A stretch of DNA of 63,254 nt, counting the filler, from Phoronis australis (Eukaryota > Animalia > Phoronida), in assembly GCA_002633005.1 (NCBI GenBank). It is 5 parts of 5 records of this genome, joined end to end, with 100 filler letters (N's around TTAATTAATTAA, not from the genome) between each part and the next. Parts side by side here need not be neighbours in the genome. Positions count along the whole stretch, not along the records: positions 1 to 26,599 come from NMRA01000424.1; 4 more parts are not named here. One strand, written 5' to 3'. A program made the position numbers and the translations under genes. Positions 1-14,200 of the stretch are shown one piece after another. The notes beneath the pieces were generated by a model. It did no database searches. It worked only from the letters and a program-made list of their open reading frames with translations, and was not told where the DNA came from. Every line of letters starts with the position of its first letter. The stretch's first letter is position 1.

Positions 1-225
1 CTAGCTAGATTGTAATCAGCTGATCATATCCGCATGAGCGAAGCCAATTATCCTCGCTCGTGACTCTATGACTAGAGCAGCTTGGCGGCATCCCTTTGAT
101 CGTGAGCCGAGTGCGACTCAGCCAAGGTGGATAAATACGGTCTAGTTCAATTTTCCATACCCCACCGTTTACCTTAACCACTGGGGTTAGGACCAATCTT
201 ATTTAGTGGGAATGTTCATAGCATG

Positions 226-538
226 AAGAATATCTGTAAAAGCCTTTAAAATCATCATTTCCTACCCGGGCCTAAAATTAAGCACAAGTGTGAGCAACCT
301 AAATCTCAATTAAATTTATGCTAAAATACAAGTTCTGAAATCGCCCTCTCCTACTCTGGCCTAAAATTACCGTTGGCATATAACAAAAATCCTGCTTTAA
401 TTTAAGAATATCTGTACAAGTTTTGAAATCGCCATTTGCTCTGGCCTATTATTAAGCACAAGAGTAAGTAACATCAATCCTGCTTAAATTTAAGCATATC
501 TGTCCAAGTTCTAAAATCGCCTGGCTTACATTAAGCAC
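226..538. repeat. Degenerate tandem repeat, ~88-95 bp unit, ~3.5 copies
   Basis: The motifs AAG(A/C)ATATCTGT, AAATCGCC, (T)GGCCTA, TTAAGCAC and AATCCTGCTT recur in register about every 90 bp. Confidence 0.7.
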
Positions 539-1293
539 TTCTGTACAGTTTTAGGTCCCACTATTCTTTTCACAGACAAAATGTACTATGTGGTTAATAG
601 ATAAAAATGTGTTGGGTAAGATGAATTAACAACTATCTAAAAAATAAATTTTTAACTACAAGTCATTGTACCAAACTCAAAGCCAGGCCATTTTCAAAAC
701 GAAATTGGTATCGCACATTTGTCCAAACCATGATACGACTGTATTTTTCTTGCTACAATGAACGCCCATAGCCATTATTATTACAAGCAATATTTCTCAG
801 CGAAAAAGAGTACGATAGGATTGTGTAGTTAGTAGTATTTGTAAATTTTCATGTAACCAATATGTGGGGAGGGCATGCACTGTCAAACAAATTAGCACCC
901 ATGGAACAGATGGAGGATGTAAAACCAGGTAAACACAGTAAGCTACAGCACAATCGTACCAGTGAAATCCCAATATGTCTCACAATTGACATTTTACTTC
1001 CTCTGTTTTCAGATCAATATTTATCAACGTTCCAATTCTGCATCCGTGCTACAGACTACCGCCACTAAATGCTTTCTTAATAATGGTCTCGCCCATAAGT
1101 CCATGTAACATGCCCGTCGAACTTGCTGGGATAGAAAGAGTAGATTCCTTTGTAGTCACTTTTTCTTTACAGCATGTACTTAGTTCCGCCTGCTTTTTTA
1201 TCTCTTGCAGTCGTGCTTTATCAACATTCATGCACTAGTTTTGTTGCTTTGTGAGCACAGTTTTTACATTACTTTTCTTAATTTCTTTTATAG

Positions 1294-2411
1294 AAGAACA
1301 GACCACCTCGGGTTTGTTATGCCGTGAGGTGCATTGCGACAAAGGAAAGGTTTGATGATGTCATTTTCACTGATGAATCGTCCATTAAAATGGAACGGAC
1401 AACTAGAAAATATTTTCAAAAAAGGGAAAGCCTGAACAACAGACGGGGCTTTTCAAGCACCCATTGAAGGTGAGATATCTATAGCTCTTATTTTCAGGAC
1501 ACCCATGCCACATTAATTAGTGTCTTTTGTGAACTAAATTTGAGTTAAAGCTTTCCATGTCAAGTTTCAATGATTTGTAAATGATGTGACACAAATTTCC
1601 AAAGATTGATATTGGTGTCGGTTCTGGATTTGGAGGTTGGAATATGCAGTTGAATTGCTGAAGGGTGTGCGAACAATCAAAAAATTTGACTTGAAGTTTG
1701 ATATGTGGATGGATTCCACCTCTCAATTCTTTCTGTCAGATAAGTATGAAGAAAGATCTGTAAAAACTGGTTAAGTGCGTTGTGGAATAACTTCCTTGTA
1801 TGTGTCAGTTCATAACTACACTGCTATTGGTCTGTTGTTATAAAAAGTTTATATTCATATTTTGTTTTAGCCACTTGTAGGAAAGAAGTATCAGTTGCCA
1901 TGTAATAATTCTTCTCATTCTCGTTTAATTTCGCATATTCAAACTCAAGTTCTTATTTCAGGTGCATGTTTGGGCTGGCATTTCCAGGAAATGTGCCACT
2001 GGCATCCACATCTTTGAGGGCAAAATGGATTCTCTCTTTTATCAGAGCATTTTAAGGAAAACAGTTTTGCCTTTCCAAAGATCAGTTTTCCCAGTGACAC
2101 ATCGTCTCTATCAAGACAATGATCCAAAGCACACGAGCAGATCAACGAGGCAGTTTATGTCAGATAACGGCATAAACCACTGGGCTTCTCCAGCTGAGTC
2201 ACCAGACCTAAATCCCATAGAGAATTTATGGCATGAGCTGAAAGCCTACATTAGGAAGCATGCTCAGCCAACTACAAAGGCAGAGTTGGTGAGTGGAATA
2301 AAGAACTTTTGGGCAACGGTTACTCCTGAAAAGTGTAACCGTTACATTAACCATATCTACAAGGTTCTGCCACAGGTCATCGCCAACAAAGGAAATGCTT
2401 CTGGTTTCTGA
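1294..2411 (+). pseudogene. Tc1/IS630-superfamily DD34E transposase, intron-containing, with a 1-bp frameshift; 5' HTH exons not located
   Basis: Exon 1294-1469 (tag| ... aag|gtgaga) encodes KNRPPRVCYAVRCIATKERFDDVIFTDESSIKME (first catalytic D). After adding one A in the A6 run at 1418-1423 it continues ...QKKGKPEQQTGLFKHPLK. Exon 1962-2411 (tttcag|GTG) continues VHVWAGIS...YQDNDPKH...SPAESPDLNPIENLWHELK. There are 34 residues between the second D and the E. Confidence 0.9.
1962..2411 (+). CDS. Last exon of the Tc1-like transposase (DDE catalytic domain)
   Basis: Open frame with the VWAGIS, QDNDPKH and SPDLNPIENLW motifs; splice acceptor at 1960-1961. Confidence 0.92.
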   Translation: MHVWAGISRKCATGIHIFEGKMDSLFYQSILRKTVLPFQRSVFPVTHRLYQDNDPKHTSRSTRQFMSDNGINHWASPAESPDLNPIENLWHELKAYIRKHAQPTTKAELVSGIKNFWATVTPEKCNRYINHIYKVLPQVIANKGNASGF

Positions 2412-4605
2412 AGTGCAGACGTATTTGGGTATTTTTTGCTCAGCCAGGTGCCTGTGGCTGGTTGCATGAAGCTGACTCAACTAGGGGCTCAGCTAAGTTC
2501 CTTAAACCTACAGCGTATTTGTGGGCTTGTGAAAACGCCGATTGTCATTTCTTATGCTATTTGAGTCTCATTACTAAGTCATTTTTGGACTTTGGTGCGA
2601 AAGCAAAAGTAAACTCTACTTTGAATTCTCAATATTATTGAAAATTAGTAAAAATCTTTTCATGCAGTGCCCCCAATTTAAGGACTAAGTCCCTAAATAG
2701 TTTAACTGAATTAAGTCCTCAGATTTCTGTTATATTATTAAAAATGTAATTAGTCGAAGGAGAATTTATGATAAAGATAACATGATAGAAAAAAATGCTA
2801 CGCCTGTGAGTAGACAATGAAACAAAAACATAAGCAATGTGGGGAACTTAGTCGAGTCCCTATTTCGGACTGCTTCATTCCACCAGGCACTGAAATCACA
2901 TTTTTGGATACCCGGGCCATAGTGATCTCTGTACATTTGGCTTGTTTTTGTTTTACTGTGCGTTGCCTTCTGGAAATGTTGTATATTACAGTAAGATATA
3001 TATAATTTGGAGAAAATGCGTTGTTATAAGTCAAAGTAATGCCATTTTTAGATCTCGTGTAGGAAAACTGTTCAGTTACAGATACATAATTGTTTCATGA
3101 GGGTAACATCAAGACACATTTTTATGTTGGTAAACACAGTAGTTTAAAAAAGTGAATTGTTTAAATTTTCGTCGAAGTTCGTCAGGCTTCATTGAAATTG
3201 TGATCAAAATCCAGGAGTAAAGCAGCTGAAAGATAATACTAAATTATTTAAAAATTAGCTAAAAGTATTTCCTCAAAATTTAAGTCGATTTTCGAAGAGA
3301 AGAAATATTGTTCACTTTTTGTGATAACTGCAGTACAGTAAGTTTGTCAGATATTTTAATGTCACAACCCACATTCATGAAAGTAATTCCTTATTGCTTA
3401 GCTATTAACAGAATTAAGAGTACCAACTTATGTCTGAAATTCCAATTGTTACGGATGAGAAAGGCTGGGAATGGAAGTGCTTAAAATGTTTGCTTTGCAA
3501 TAATATCGATATCAAATGGCTATCTTACCTGTTTTATCAATTTTGCGATTGCATTCATAGATACGTTATATCATAGACATGTTGTATTGTTTAAGAAATT
3601 AAGACTGTATAACACAATTGTTTTTTAGCTTGTTTCTGAGTAAGGTTACATAACCAGCACTGTTAACATTAGATTGCCTGTTTTATTGATGCCATTGTAA
3701 ATGAGCATAACTTTTCTATAGGAGTTAGTGCAAGTATACATAATCGGTTGCGTGTTGTATTTGAGTCTACATAATCTTCTGGTGAGAAAATGAAGTGGAT
3801 ATTCAAATTTAAGTTTAACATTTGTTGAGATTGTGAACGTTCTGGTGGCAACAGAATAATAAAATGTGTCAACTTAATAAATTATAGGTGTTTGTCTCTT
3901 ACTGCTCAATATATATAAGTTGTGGTTCATACAGCCTTCAACTCCATCTATAATAACAGTGATGGTGTATTCAAAGCTGTCAAGCACTCCGAGCATAGTA
4001 AAAAAATGTTGCTTATTTGAATTATAGGCCATGTCTAATCTTATCGACCAACCTATGCATTTACCAACTATCTATACAATATAGATTTTAGCTCATTAAA
4101 AGTATGCATTTGCTGAAAGTAGAAATAGCTATGCAGAATTAGATTCTAGACTTCATACCACGTGACCAAGCATTTTAGTAGTAAAAAGGAAAAGTACGTT
4201 CATAGCAAAATACTGGTATCAATACAGTGACTAAATTTTGGTTGAATTAATGTTAATGATAAATTCTCAGAAGTGCTTTCGATTTTTCTCTCATTGTTCG
4301 TTTTCGTTTTATGCTTTGAAACTGATTTCAAACTCTGTTTTTGAGAATTCTGCCTAAATTATGACACCTAATAGTTTCCATTGAATGCTATCAGTTATTT
4401 TTGAAATAGGATTTTCAAAATTGAGCCATGATAGTAAGTCGAAAAGAACACAAGATATAAGTCATGACAGATGCATTTATTATACAATAAGAAAGTGATG
4501 TTCTTCATCTTGCACACATATAGACACATTTCAATAAACGTAGAAGCCACTCTTATGTGAAGCTGTCTAGTGTGGGGCTGAATGTTTGTAGAGTGAAGTC
4601 ACCTT

Positions 4606-5246
4606 TCATAAAATAGGGCGTGGGAGAACCACTTTCTCAGACAACTTATAAAATAATTTTCGGATCGCACTATCAATTGCCTTTATTAATTTGGAGGTTA
4701 ACTTCTTCTGATCTGGGGTGTTGAGGAATCTTGAATATTCCGACAATGTCATGACACTGTCCAAAACAAATTTGACTTTGTCTTTGTTAAGTCTTCCTTT
4801 ACTACCAGATTTGGAATACGTTACACCATTCACATTTCTATTATAAGCTTCTCCGAGGTTAAAAATTTGAAAAATCATTGATTTCGCTGCTGCCTCAGGT
4901 GATGAAGACACATTAATAATTTCCACTACCCTTTGTTTAGGTAGAAATGGTGCCACAGATGGCAATGGTCGCAGCTCACTTTCCAATAAATCCTCGATCA
5001 AACTTTCGGAGATAACCACATTCTCGAAATCGGATAACTTCAGTTTCCATATCTGTTGATCCTGAATCGTTATTTTTGTTGGCTTTTTGCTTTCCAGTGC
5101 TGCAATTCGTTTTTCCAATAACTCAACGGTCTGCACTAACTTGTTGAAGCGGTGGATTGGGACCCACTGCACAGCAGGTGAGCGAAGCAGTGCACGCCTT
5201 GCTGGCTCATGCACTGTCACTGACATGCTTGGTGAGCATAGCAGTC
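4606..5246 (-). CDS. Terminal exon: coiled coil plus BEN domain
   Basis: AAAKSMIFQIFNLGEAYNRNVNGV...KGRLNKDKVKFVLDSV...KLIKAIDSAIRKL fits the BEN pattern (helix, F..e...rnv.G, K..L...k...i, terminal helix). Acceptor ttttag at 5247; AATAAA on the minus strand at 4481-4476. Confidence 0.75.
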
Positions 5247-8200
5247 CTAAAATAAAACCAAATTGTCAGATGAAACTACGAATCATCTGTAAACCTGGAT
5301 GTTCACAACAGTTAACAGGAGGATGACTTTTCTATTAGAACTGATAACTAAGGTCTGTAATAGGCAGTTTAATGTCACTGCCTATGGAAGGTTGATTTTT
5401 TCAAGTGACTTTTTGACCATTACTGTGAATTAAAACAAGCTTTTTGGGAATTAGGAAATCAGAAATTGTATATTCTAATGAATAAATAGTTCTGGAAGTC
5501 ACCATTCTTTGGTCAAAGTTACAGTATTTGATAGTGTTTATATTTATTATCAGTGCACATCACAGACATTCAACAACCTCCAGACAGCAATTTTTTTAAA
5601 AAAAGAGAAAAAAAAAACAGCAACTTGTCTCCAAAAATCATGTATTAAGTCCTTAAGTTCATAGGATTTAAACATTGCTTTAAATTCTTAGCCTAGGTTT
5701 TAATAAGAAGGAATCGATGAATCTCAAAAAATAAATTTGAACTTCACAAAAGAGAAAGGTGCCGAGGTCTGATTGTTGAAAACCATCTGAAAAATTGTTA
5801 TTTGGGTCAATAACAATTAATTTCAATCATCAGAAAAAGTCTACAGAAAACTTCCACCTACCTCAAATGATAATTAATCCTGAATCTATATTCCTAGAAA
5901 GTTATAGAACAACTATACAACTATACTCACTAGTGCAAACTGTAGACTTTGGCGTCTGCACAACTTGCTGCATTTCAATGGACTGCTGCGGGGAGTTCCA
6001 TTCGGACATCAAATCATCTGGCAGGTCGTTTATGGCATACACGCCACTGACATTAGTCACATCTGCTTCCCCATAAAGCAAACTTGCTTCTGTCATACAA
6101 GCCTCCCCAGCTTCACCACCAGTAAGCTCCTCATTACCAGTTCCACCGACCTCTGTTGTAATATAATTACATCAAACTAAATCATTCACTGAAAACACAT
6201 AAAAAATAAAGTCTGTCTGGTATGGGTGTGCATCTCAATTACTCACATAGAACTAATGAAGAGATTCCAGTGATATTCTTACTAAAATAACCATTTGAGT
6301 GAGACATGCAAGTTAGAATGCAGTGAGCATGTGAAGTATTCAAATGGCAGGTAGTGGGAAAAAAGTGGAAAATCAGTGACAAATTGTGAGGCAGGGAGAA
6401 TTTCAGACTTGGAAATTTCTGAGTGAAAACTGAATGATTATTTCGGATAAACAAACGCTGCTCATTGGCTGTTCCTGTGGAAATTTGTGTAGACCAGAAT
6501 TCTGAATTCAAAATAAAATGGCACCAGGAACAGTTCACATAAATTAGAGAAATAGCTTGAAGATTAATTGGTGACACTTTTTCACATATGTTGTGAAATT
6601 GCTGAACAGTTTGTCTGCAAGTTAACCAGAGGGGATCCAGGACTGAAGCTGTGTGTTGATAAGCTTAAGATTATTGTATTCACAAATCTAGTAGAATGCA
6701 AACAGTAATTTTATTGTATGTGGAACATCATTAAGGCATGATTTGTGTTTACATGGTTCAAGACTCCACCACTTAACTAATGTTGCTTATTAGCCTCTCG
6801 GGGCGTTAGTTTTTTGACTGATAACCACTGCGGCGAATGGCAAGAAGGCAGAGTGAATACTCCTAGTCCTATTGTAAACCACTCCTCATGATATCATCAT
6901 GTTCATAATAGCAATTAAAGTGTATATTCAGACAAATTTCCAGACGAAATCACAAAAATAAGCAGCATTTTGGTTATCAATAAAGCTTTAAACTCTCGTC
7001 TAATTCAGTCACTTGTCATAAAATGCACTGAAAATATTCTAAGTTCAAAATTCTCAACCAGTGAGATTCTCTTGACTCAGTGAGATTATGAGTAAGATGA
7101 ATTCTCACTGACTTGGAATGCTATGCAATTAAGATTCACAAGAGAGATTCTCAATGAAATATCACTGTATTCTCATAACTGCATTTTTTCATTAATATCA
7201 ATGGCATCTTAATTAGTTAGATTCTGATTGATTCTCACGGTCTTTCATAAAATTGTATTGGTATTCCTATGCTACATGCACATTCAATCATAATCTATTT
7301 ATTTTTGGAATATTCAACAACTACATTATTTTTACTTTTTCCTGCCACAGACTTTGGTTCAGAATGAACTTAACTGCCCAAAAAGGAACAACTAATTTTC
7401 ATTCCTTGATTTAAACTTTACCTGAGAGAGAAGCTGCGTCTCCTGTGGAAAGTGTATTCTCCGCTGATAACACTTCAGATACAACTTGATTTCCATGAGA
7501 AAGTATGTCTGAAAAAATGGTCAGAATCATGAATGCTTTGAAGATCAATTTGAATCAGTACATTTTCATAAATACAAACCCACTTGCTTATTTTTATTTG
7601 GTCACCAACATCCTGTAACCAACAGTCACTTACCTCATTACTGTTGGCAGGCTGTTTTGTGGTGACTCAGTTTACCAAGAGACAGAACTGTGATCATGGA
7701 TTTTTACTAACTTCATCCAAACCAAAAACGTATGTAGATTAGTCCAAATTAGACTAGCAATTCCAAAAGCCAGTGGAGATGAACAGTGCAATACTGCATG
7801 GTTTTGTAATACAAAAAGTTTATCGTTTGGGTGCTTACATCATTAATACCTGAACGAAATTAGCCAACACGTTACAGAATTGTACTATATCAAGCTGTGA
7901 AAAAACAGTCTCAGAGTGCTGCATCATCAGGTACATACCTTTTAAGAAGTCCATCGCACCCGTATCTAGAAGACTTTGATACACAGCTTTCTCAGAGTCT
8001 AATTCCGAAGGCTGTTTAGAGGAGCTCGGTGTAGATGAGCTCGGTGTAGGGTCACTAATATACACATCCTTGGCGGCACCCTGAAATTTTAGAATTATTT
8101 TTCATTGTCAGCAACCAGACTCCTACACTAAACCGGGATTTTTGATTACTTGCTTACGAATTTTTCACCAAACGTTATTGAAGATTGAGAAGAAAAAACA

Positions 8201-11200
8201 TGCATCCCCCTTTACCACAAAGATGGCGTTAAAAGAATGTATCTCAGTGTCAGTTCCATAGTCCAAAGGGCCGCCGGTCCGATAATCTAAAAAGTGACTT
8301 TTCAAGCTCCAGCAACATATTGAACATCAGAATGCATCTTTTATGTGCAGTAAAAGACAAAAAGTTGCTATTTTTGCTTCGCGGTATTTTCCCTCAGTGA
8401 GGTTGAAAGCCAAGTTATTCCTATTCTGAAAGGCTCAAAAAATGATCATCGGATCATCGTGTTCCATTAAATTTTAGGAGAATTAGCTTGCTGTCCTATG
8501 TAGTGGTATTCTGAATGCCAGGACATCATCTTACATTGAGAAGTATAATCTGCTGGCTGCAGTTTTCGAAAAGCTAGACCATGGATGAACCATGTCTTTC
8601 ATAGACATCTATAATACAAAATAGGGAAATGAAAACCTTACAAATTTGTAACATTTGTTGATATGAGGAAGGAATTTGGGCATGTACAAAAGGATTTAAC
8701 ATTTTATAAACTTGTATGAAATAACATTGACGGCCATATGTATAATGCCATCAAAGCATTTGTGGTTCGTGTTCAGATTTCTTGAAATTACTACACAAAT
8801 TGGTTCCCTGTAAGTTTTGGCATATGCAAGAGTGATATGCTCACTATTGAAATTCATTATAAATAATTAGGTGTCCTTTTTGATGAACATTTGCCATTTC
8901 AACAAGCCACTACTGCACTAGCAGCATCTGGTGGCCGTGCAGTTTGTGCCATCCTCTCCAAATTCTAATGGAAACTTCTGCGAAATGTGTGAGTCTATCA
9001 CAGATGGTAAGAGACTTGGCAGATCTGCAAAAGTTATCTGAGAAATCTAGCTTTCTATATTTTCCACCTCAAATGGCAATCGTTCAATCCTCTTCAACAA
9101 TTAAACGAGTAAAAAATTACAGAAGTGAAACAAGGTTGTAGTTACCTTCTTTTTCTGTTCTCCACTGCTGTTTTTCTTTAGTGCTGTCATTTTTGGTTCA
9201 CTACTGTTTTTTTTCAAGTCTGCTTTCTTTGGTTCACTCTTCCGTGCTGCTTTCTTTGATTCATTTCTACTGCTCTTTGGTGCTGCTTTGTCTTGTTTAG
9301 AGGCATTTTTTTCCAGGGTATCAAATGAGCCAATAGTCCCAACATCAGGTCCCTAAATTACACCAATGGAAAGCGATGATCAAAATCGTATACAAAAACA
9401 TTGTTGCCATACAATTTTTTGTTTGATGACGACATAAGTATCATCATATTTTAATTTAGCATGGAAACTAAGGCAAAAAGCTTAGGAGAAAACGGATGTG
9501 CTGGGTACAGAATCCAGTACTAAGATATATCTTGCAAAATCTATTTGTTGTATTTGCCATAAAACAGTTCTTAGGATTTTCCTTGACAAAGTCCAGAATA
9601 CTTAAACAATACTAAGGCTGCCATGTACTCACTTTGTTTTTCCGAGTAACTTCTTTCCTTTGCGTGACAATTTCATTTTCGGGTGCGACTGAGTATTTGC
9701 TGGTGTTTTCAACTGAGCCCTGAAATGTTCAAGCCAAAATTGAATGAACTCAATTGAAAACAGAGAACAAGGTGCATTATTAGATGGCTTCTGTTTTCTT
9801 TTCTGAAAACTATGAATGATAATGAAGACGATACCTGCGGTTTGTAGAGTATTGTAAAATTTTCTGGGTTTATCTTAACTACCAGGTTATTCATAAGTGC
9901 ACTGGTCACCATGTTGACACTCTGTCATACAAAAACAGTAATCTTTGGTAGAGACAACAAACTTTGAACTGTTGCCTGATGAATTATTACTTCTGTGGAA
10001 ATGGCTAACATTGGTTTTAAACCCTTTTTAAATTTTGTCAGTGAATATTACAACATTGAAAAATATAGCGCTTGTAAAAACTCAAGTATGTCAAACTTTG
10101 ATAAAGCATGGTAAAATGTGGAACTTTTTTTCTTAATTTGATGTGTGATTGATTATTGCTTTTAACAATATGATTTACTCTTTTCCTGTTTTCTAATTTT
10201 TCATAACTGGAAAAGTATCAATTTCATAAATCTGCTTTAACTGCGACGAACCATTTTGTGCATTCCCATCCCTCAAAAGTTATTATTGCAGTCACTAAAC
10301 TAATAAACAAAAATGCTTAAGTCAATCGGAAAAAAGACAAAATATGCATTAAATCTTACCAAAATTTTCTCAGAGGTAGGTCTTTTAGTAGGCTGCTTCC
10401 TCCTTGCACTGTTGTCTGCAGGTCTCTGAAATGAACATCAATGAGATCTGAGATATGTACAAGTTGTCAACATGACTGAGTTAAAAACTAGTGGTGATCG
10501 CAATTAGCTATTGCAAATATAGATACCAAAAGTATTGTTATTGCTTATGGTCAAAATCAGCCGCAGAAGGAAATAACATACTCAATAATTGATTTTTCAG
10601 ATTTTATAACTGAAATAATGAACATCACTTATGTGTGATCTTTTTTGAAACATTTCATGTCTGATATCTTTGTAGTTTGAGGGTTATTCAGATATCTATG
10701 ATACAGGTTCCTCACACACTGGTAGTAAGGCAATTATGCTCAAATAGGAACTCATTCCTGAGATTTTTCAGAAACACGTGATCAAGGCAAATAATAACCA
10801 GGGCTACACTTAACCAAGTGTACTGTCGCAAATGCGATTGGGAATTTGACTGCATTGTATCATTTGTATGAGCACATGGTTCCACTTGTATTCTGTTAGC
10901 AACAAACACAGCAGTTTTTTTGGTGGTAAGCCGCCAAAGGCTTGTAAGTGTGAGAAGAAAATTGTGCAATATGAGAGCAGGCTAGTAAACACTGGTAGAA
11001 AATTTGGGAATGCTGGTAGACACTTGTTTGTAACAGCTAGTTGCTGCTGTCAGCATTTTTCGTAGCTTTATTACATTTTGTGGAGCAAAATTCGTAAAGA
11101 TGAGTTGCATTACAAAATACATGTGCACTCTTATTACAAGTGAACATTGGGAAATACCAACGGAAACTTTTTGATCATTTGTATTTACGAGAGCAGATTT

Positions 11201-14200
11201 TCGGCTGTGTTGAGCACTGATAGCACTTTTCACAAACAATGCCAGTCACATGATAAAAAATTGATTGTTCCATGTTTTGAGGCACAAGTTTGATCGAAAA
11301 TTCTGCAAACCTATTTCTATGTATAACATGCATCAAATTGCTATAAAAGTTATTTCATCAAACGTGAAAGGTTCTCACGAAAGTTGCAATTAGCTTAAAA
11401 AATGTTAAAAAATATATTAATAGTTTTTAGAAACTTGCTGCGTGTATGCACAGAATGAATAACCCTTAGGATTAACAACCTGGGTGTGACAAAAATAAGG
11501 TGGTCTTTCACAATCGTTGAATCAACGACCCCTCCTGCCGAGCCAATGGTCAAAAAAGTTCGAGGAAGGGCGGCCCATGTGTTGATTAGCCATAGGATCA
11601 CTCACTTGTAGAAGTATTGATTGCAAACCATTTATTACCCATATGGATCAAATAAGTCATCAAAACAGAGTGAATGTTCTGCAAAAACTCACTTTCCTCT
11701 TTTTGATGTCTTCATTGCACGCATTGTTATCATCTTCTTCCTCATCTGACTTTAAAAATAAGCAAATCTTACAAACATTTCCAGTATCAAAAACGATATA
11801 AGGAAATTCATGTCACATTAAAATTCAAGTTGAACAATTACTACCCTACTCAACTTAAGTGAATAAAGGACCATACAAGATAATTTGTTTTTAGAACAAA
11901 ACCAATAATACCACTACAAACTTACCATGCTGTACATCTGCCAGTACCCTTCCTCCATTTCTTCTAGCCTGTCCAAATCATCTGCAAAAGATACAAAAAT
12001 GTTTTGAAAGCGACTGCCACCTTTCCAAGTACATCTGTACCATCAATGGTTCATCCAATACATGTTACAGCCTATTTCCAAAATTTCAGCTTTTTCCACC
12101 TAAGCTTGACCACACCCAATCCACATGATCCATACTGACTAACCGCTCTCCTTTGATTTAGTTAAGAATAAAGTTTTTAAAGACTAACTTTAACAGAATT
12201 TTGTTACTTTAGGTGTATTAGGCTAACCAGATAGTCCTAGCAAATCCTTGAGTTCAATCAGGCCAGTGTAAGCCCGACAAATGATAAGTGAAGCTGCCTT
12301 TTGTGCCCCGTTGCATCACCACAAGATCCCAGCACAAACTACACAAGGTTGTATTGAATTGGGGTCTGAATAGAACACCATTGCGTGGGGGTGTTGGTCG
12401 TAGATGTTTGAATTAAAAAGTGATTCTTGCCGTGACGTAAACAAAAGCATACCAATACGCCTAATAGTTCATTACATTTGGCAATTTGTGGCACTAGTGG
12501 GCTTAGAGCGACGCTCTTAACATACTGTAGGAACCAAACTTAAATGTGATGCCGTTGTTGAAGATTGGCTTTAACCGACCATGCTCACTAACTGAGCCTA
12601 CCTCTGCTTGATTGTCAGAGTTCCTGATTAACAACTATTAATCTGAACATTTACAGTGTTCTCAGAAATTGAGCCACAACTGTACATGAGTTAGAGATCC
12701 AATATTTTAAACCCAATTAAAAGTTCATTTATGCATACACAAATGATTACTAATCATAGCAATCTGAATAAGTGCGTGCACTATACATGATGATACTTAC
12801 ATCCACAGGCAAGCATGATGCCCCCATATGTCTTGCCATTTAGGCGGCACTGTACCCTATCACCCGTTTCCTTGGGAAGTTCGTCCCCAAGAAACTTTTG
12901 GGCAGTTAGAATTGAAGACGTGTCTTCGTCATCCCATGCGATCACATAGTATTTCTGACTCTCTGCAAACAAACAAAAAGAATAAAATGCAATCATATAT
13001 TTTACATTAATGTGCATGGTTCTTAAATTCAAACAAAAACAATAAAAAGTGTGAAATTGAAATTCTAAATCACAATTGGGAGTTGAAAATAAGTGCTCAA
13101 ATCATAATGTTCAGGGAGAACTGTGGATGTATCCAATTTATGTAAGATGGTTTGTTAACTGGTTCAGTATTTAACTGTTCCAAAAATACCACAATGCACA
13201 TCACAATCCAAACCCAGTATGATTACGTTTTCTTGGTGTGCATTTCTGGTTACAGTATACAGCCATACAAAAAAATTAATTAATAATTAATGTACTCTTT
13301 ACATTTCTTCAGCTCTGAAACGCGTAATTCCTCAAGACCTTACCAGTTGGAAATGAAGTAAGAAGTCCAAAAAAAAACTAAGTTACCGGGTACACACCAA
13401 AATCCTGGCACTCAAAAATGGAACTCTACCATTTGCAAATTCTGTGACCATATTTCCAATAATGATTATCTTGCTTCCTACCAATTCCGGACTATAATTT
13501 TGTTGCATTCTACATACATAATACCTTCATGGAGTAAATCATAAAGTCCATATTCGAGAGTTGACTGTGATGTGGGCTAGAAAAAAATTTTCTGGCCATT
13601 TAACAAATAGCAACTGAAGCTCATTTTAAAAGGGTTATCTAATGCAAAATAAATAATTATCAATACCCTTCTGTGTTTGAGACACTTGTGGAGTTTTTTT
13701 TGTCTCTGAATATAATGTCCATTTTAAAAATTCCAATTTTCAAGTGTCAGTGGTAGAAAAGAAATAATTTTTATTAAGTAAGCAATAGTTTTGATATCAC
13801 AAGGAATATTTCAAGTGTCTTTCAGGATCACTTTGATGTCGTGCTTAATGATTGAGAAAAGGTGGGGTTCAACAAAATGTGTAATTTCTGTGTTTCGAAT
13901 CCTACTGTATTGAAAAGCAAACTTAAAACTCTAAAATGAAAAGAACTGCAGAATGTTAGCCTGGGCACCAAAGCAAATTATTAAATATCTAAGCCAACCA
14001 AAAGTTAATGAATACATGGGCAATTCCATTTGTGATGGACGTGCAATCAAAAAAAAATTGAATAACTGCGAAAAGAGTTTTCATTCCGGGAAAATAATAA
14101 CATGACATGTATTCCTTCCAGTCTCTTGTTATTTAAACTCCAGAGCACCCATGGGAATCTTTGATATGAATAGTCTTTGGACTTCATGCAGCCTACATCC

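Noticed and set aside
600-1240. Upstream HTH exons and left TIR of the transposase
   Set aside because: Candidate acceptors near 800 and 1012 give no convincing Tc1 N-terminal motifs, and no TIR pair flanked by TA was found in the window.
12570-12602. tRNA-like A box on the minus strand (TAGGCTCAGTTAGTGAGC)
   Set aside because: No B box or cloverleaf; at most a decayed SINE head.
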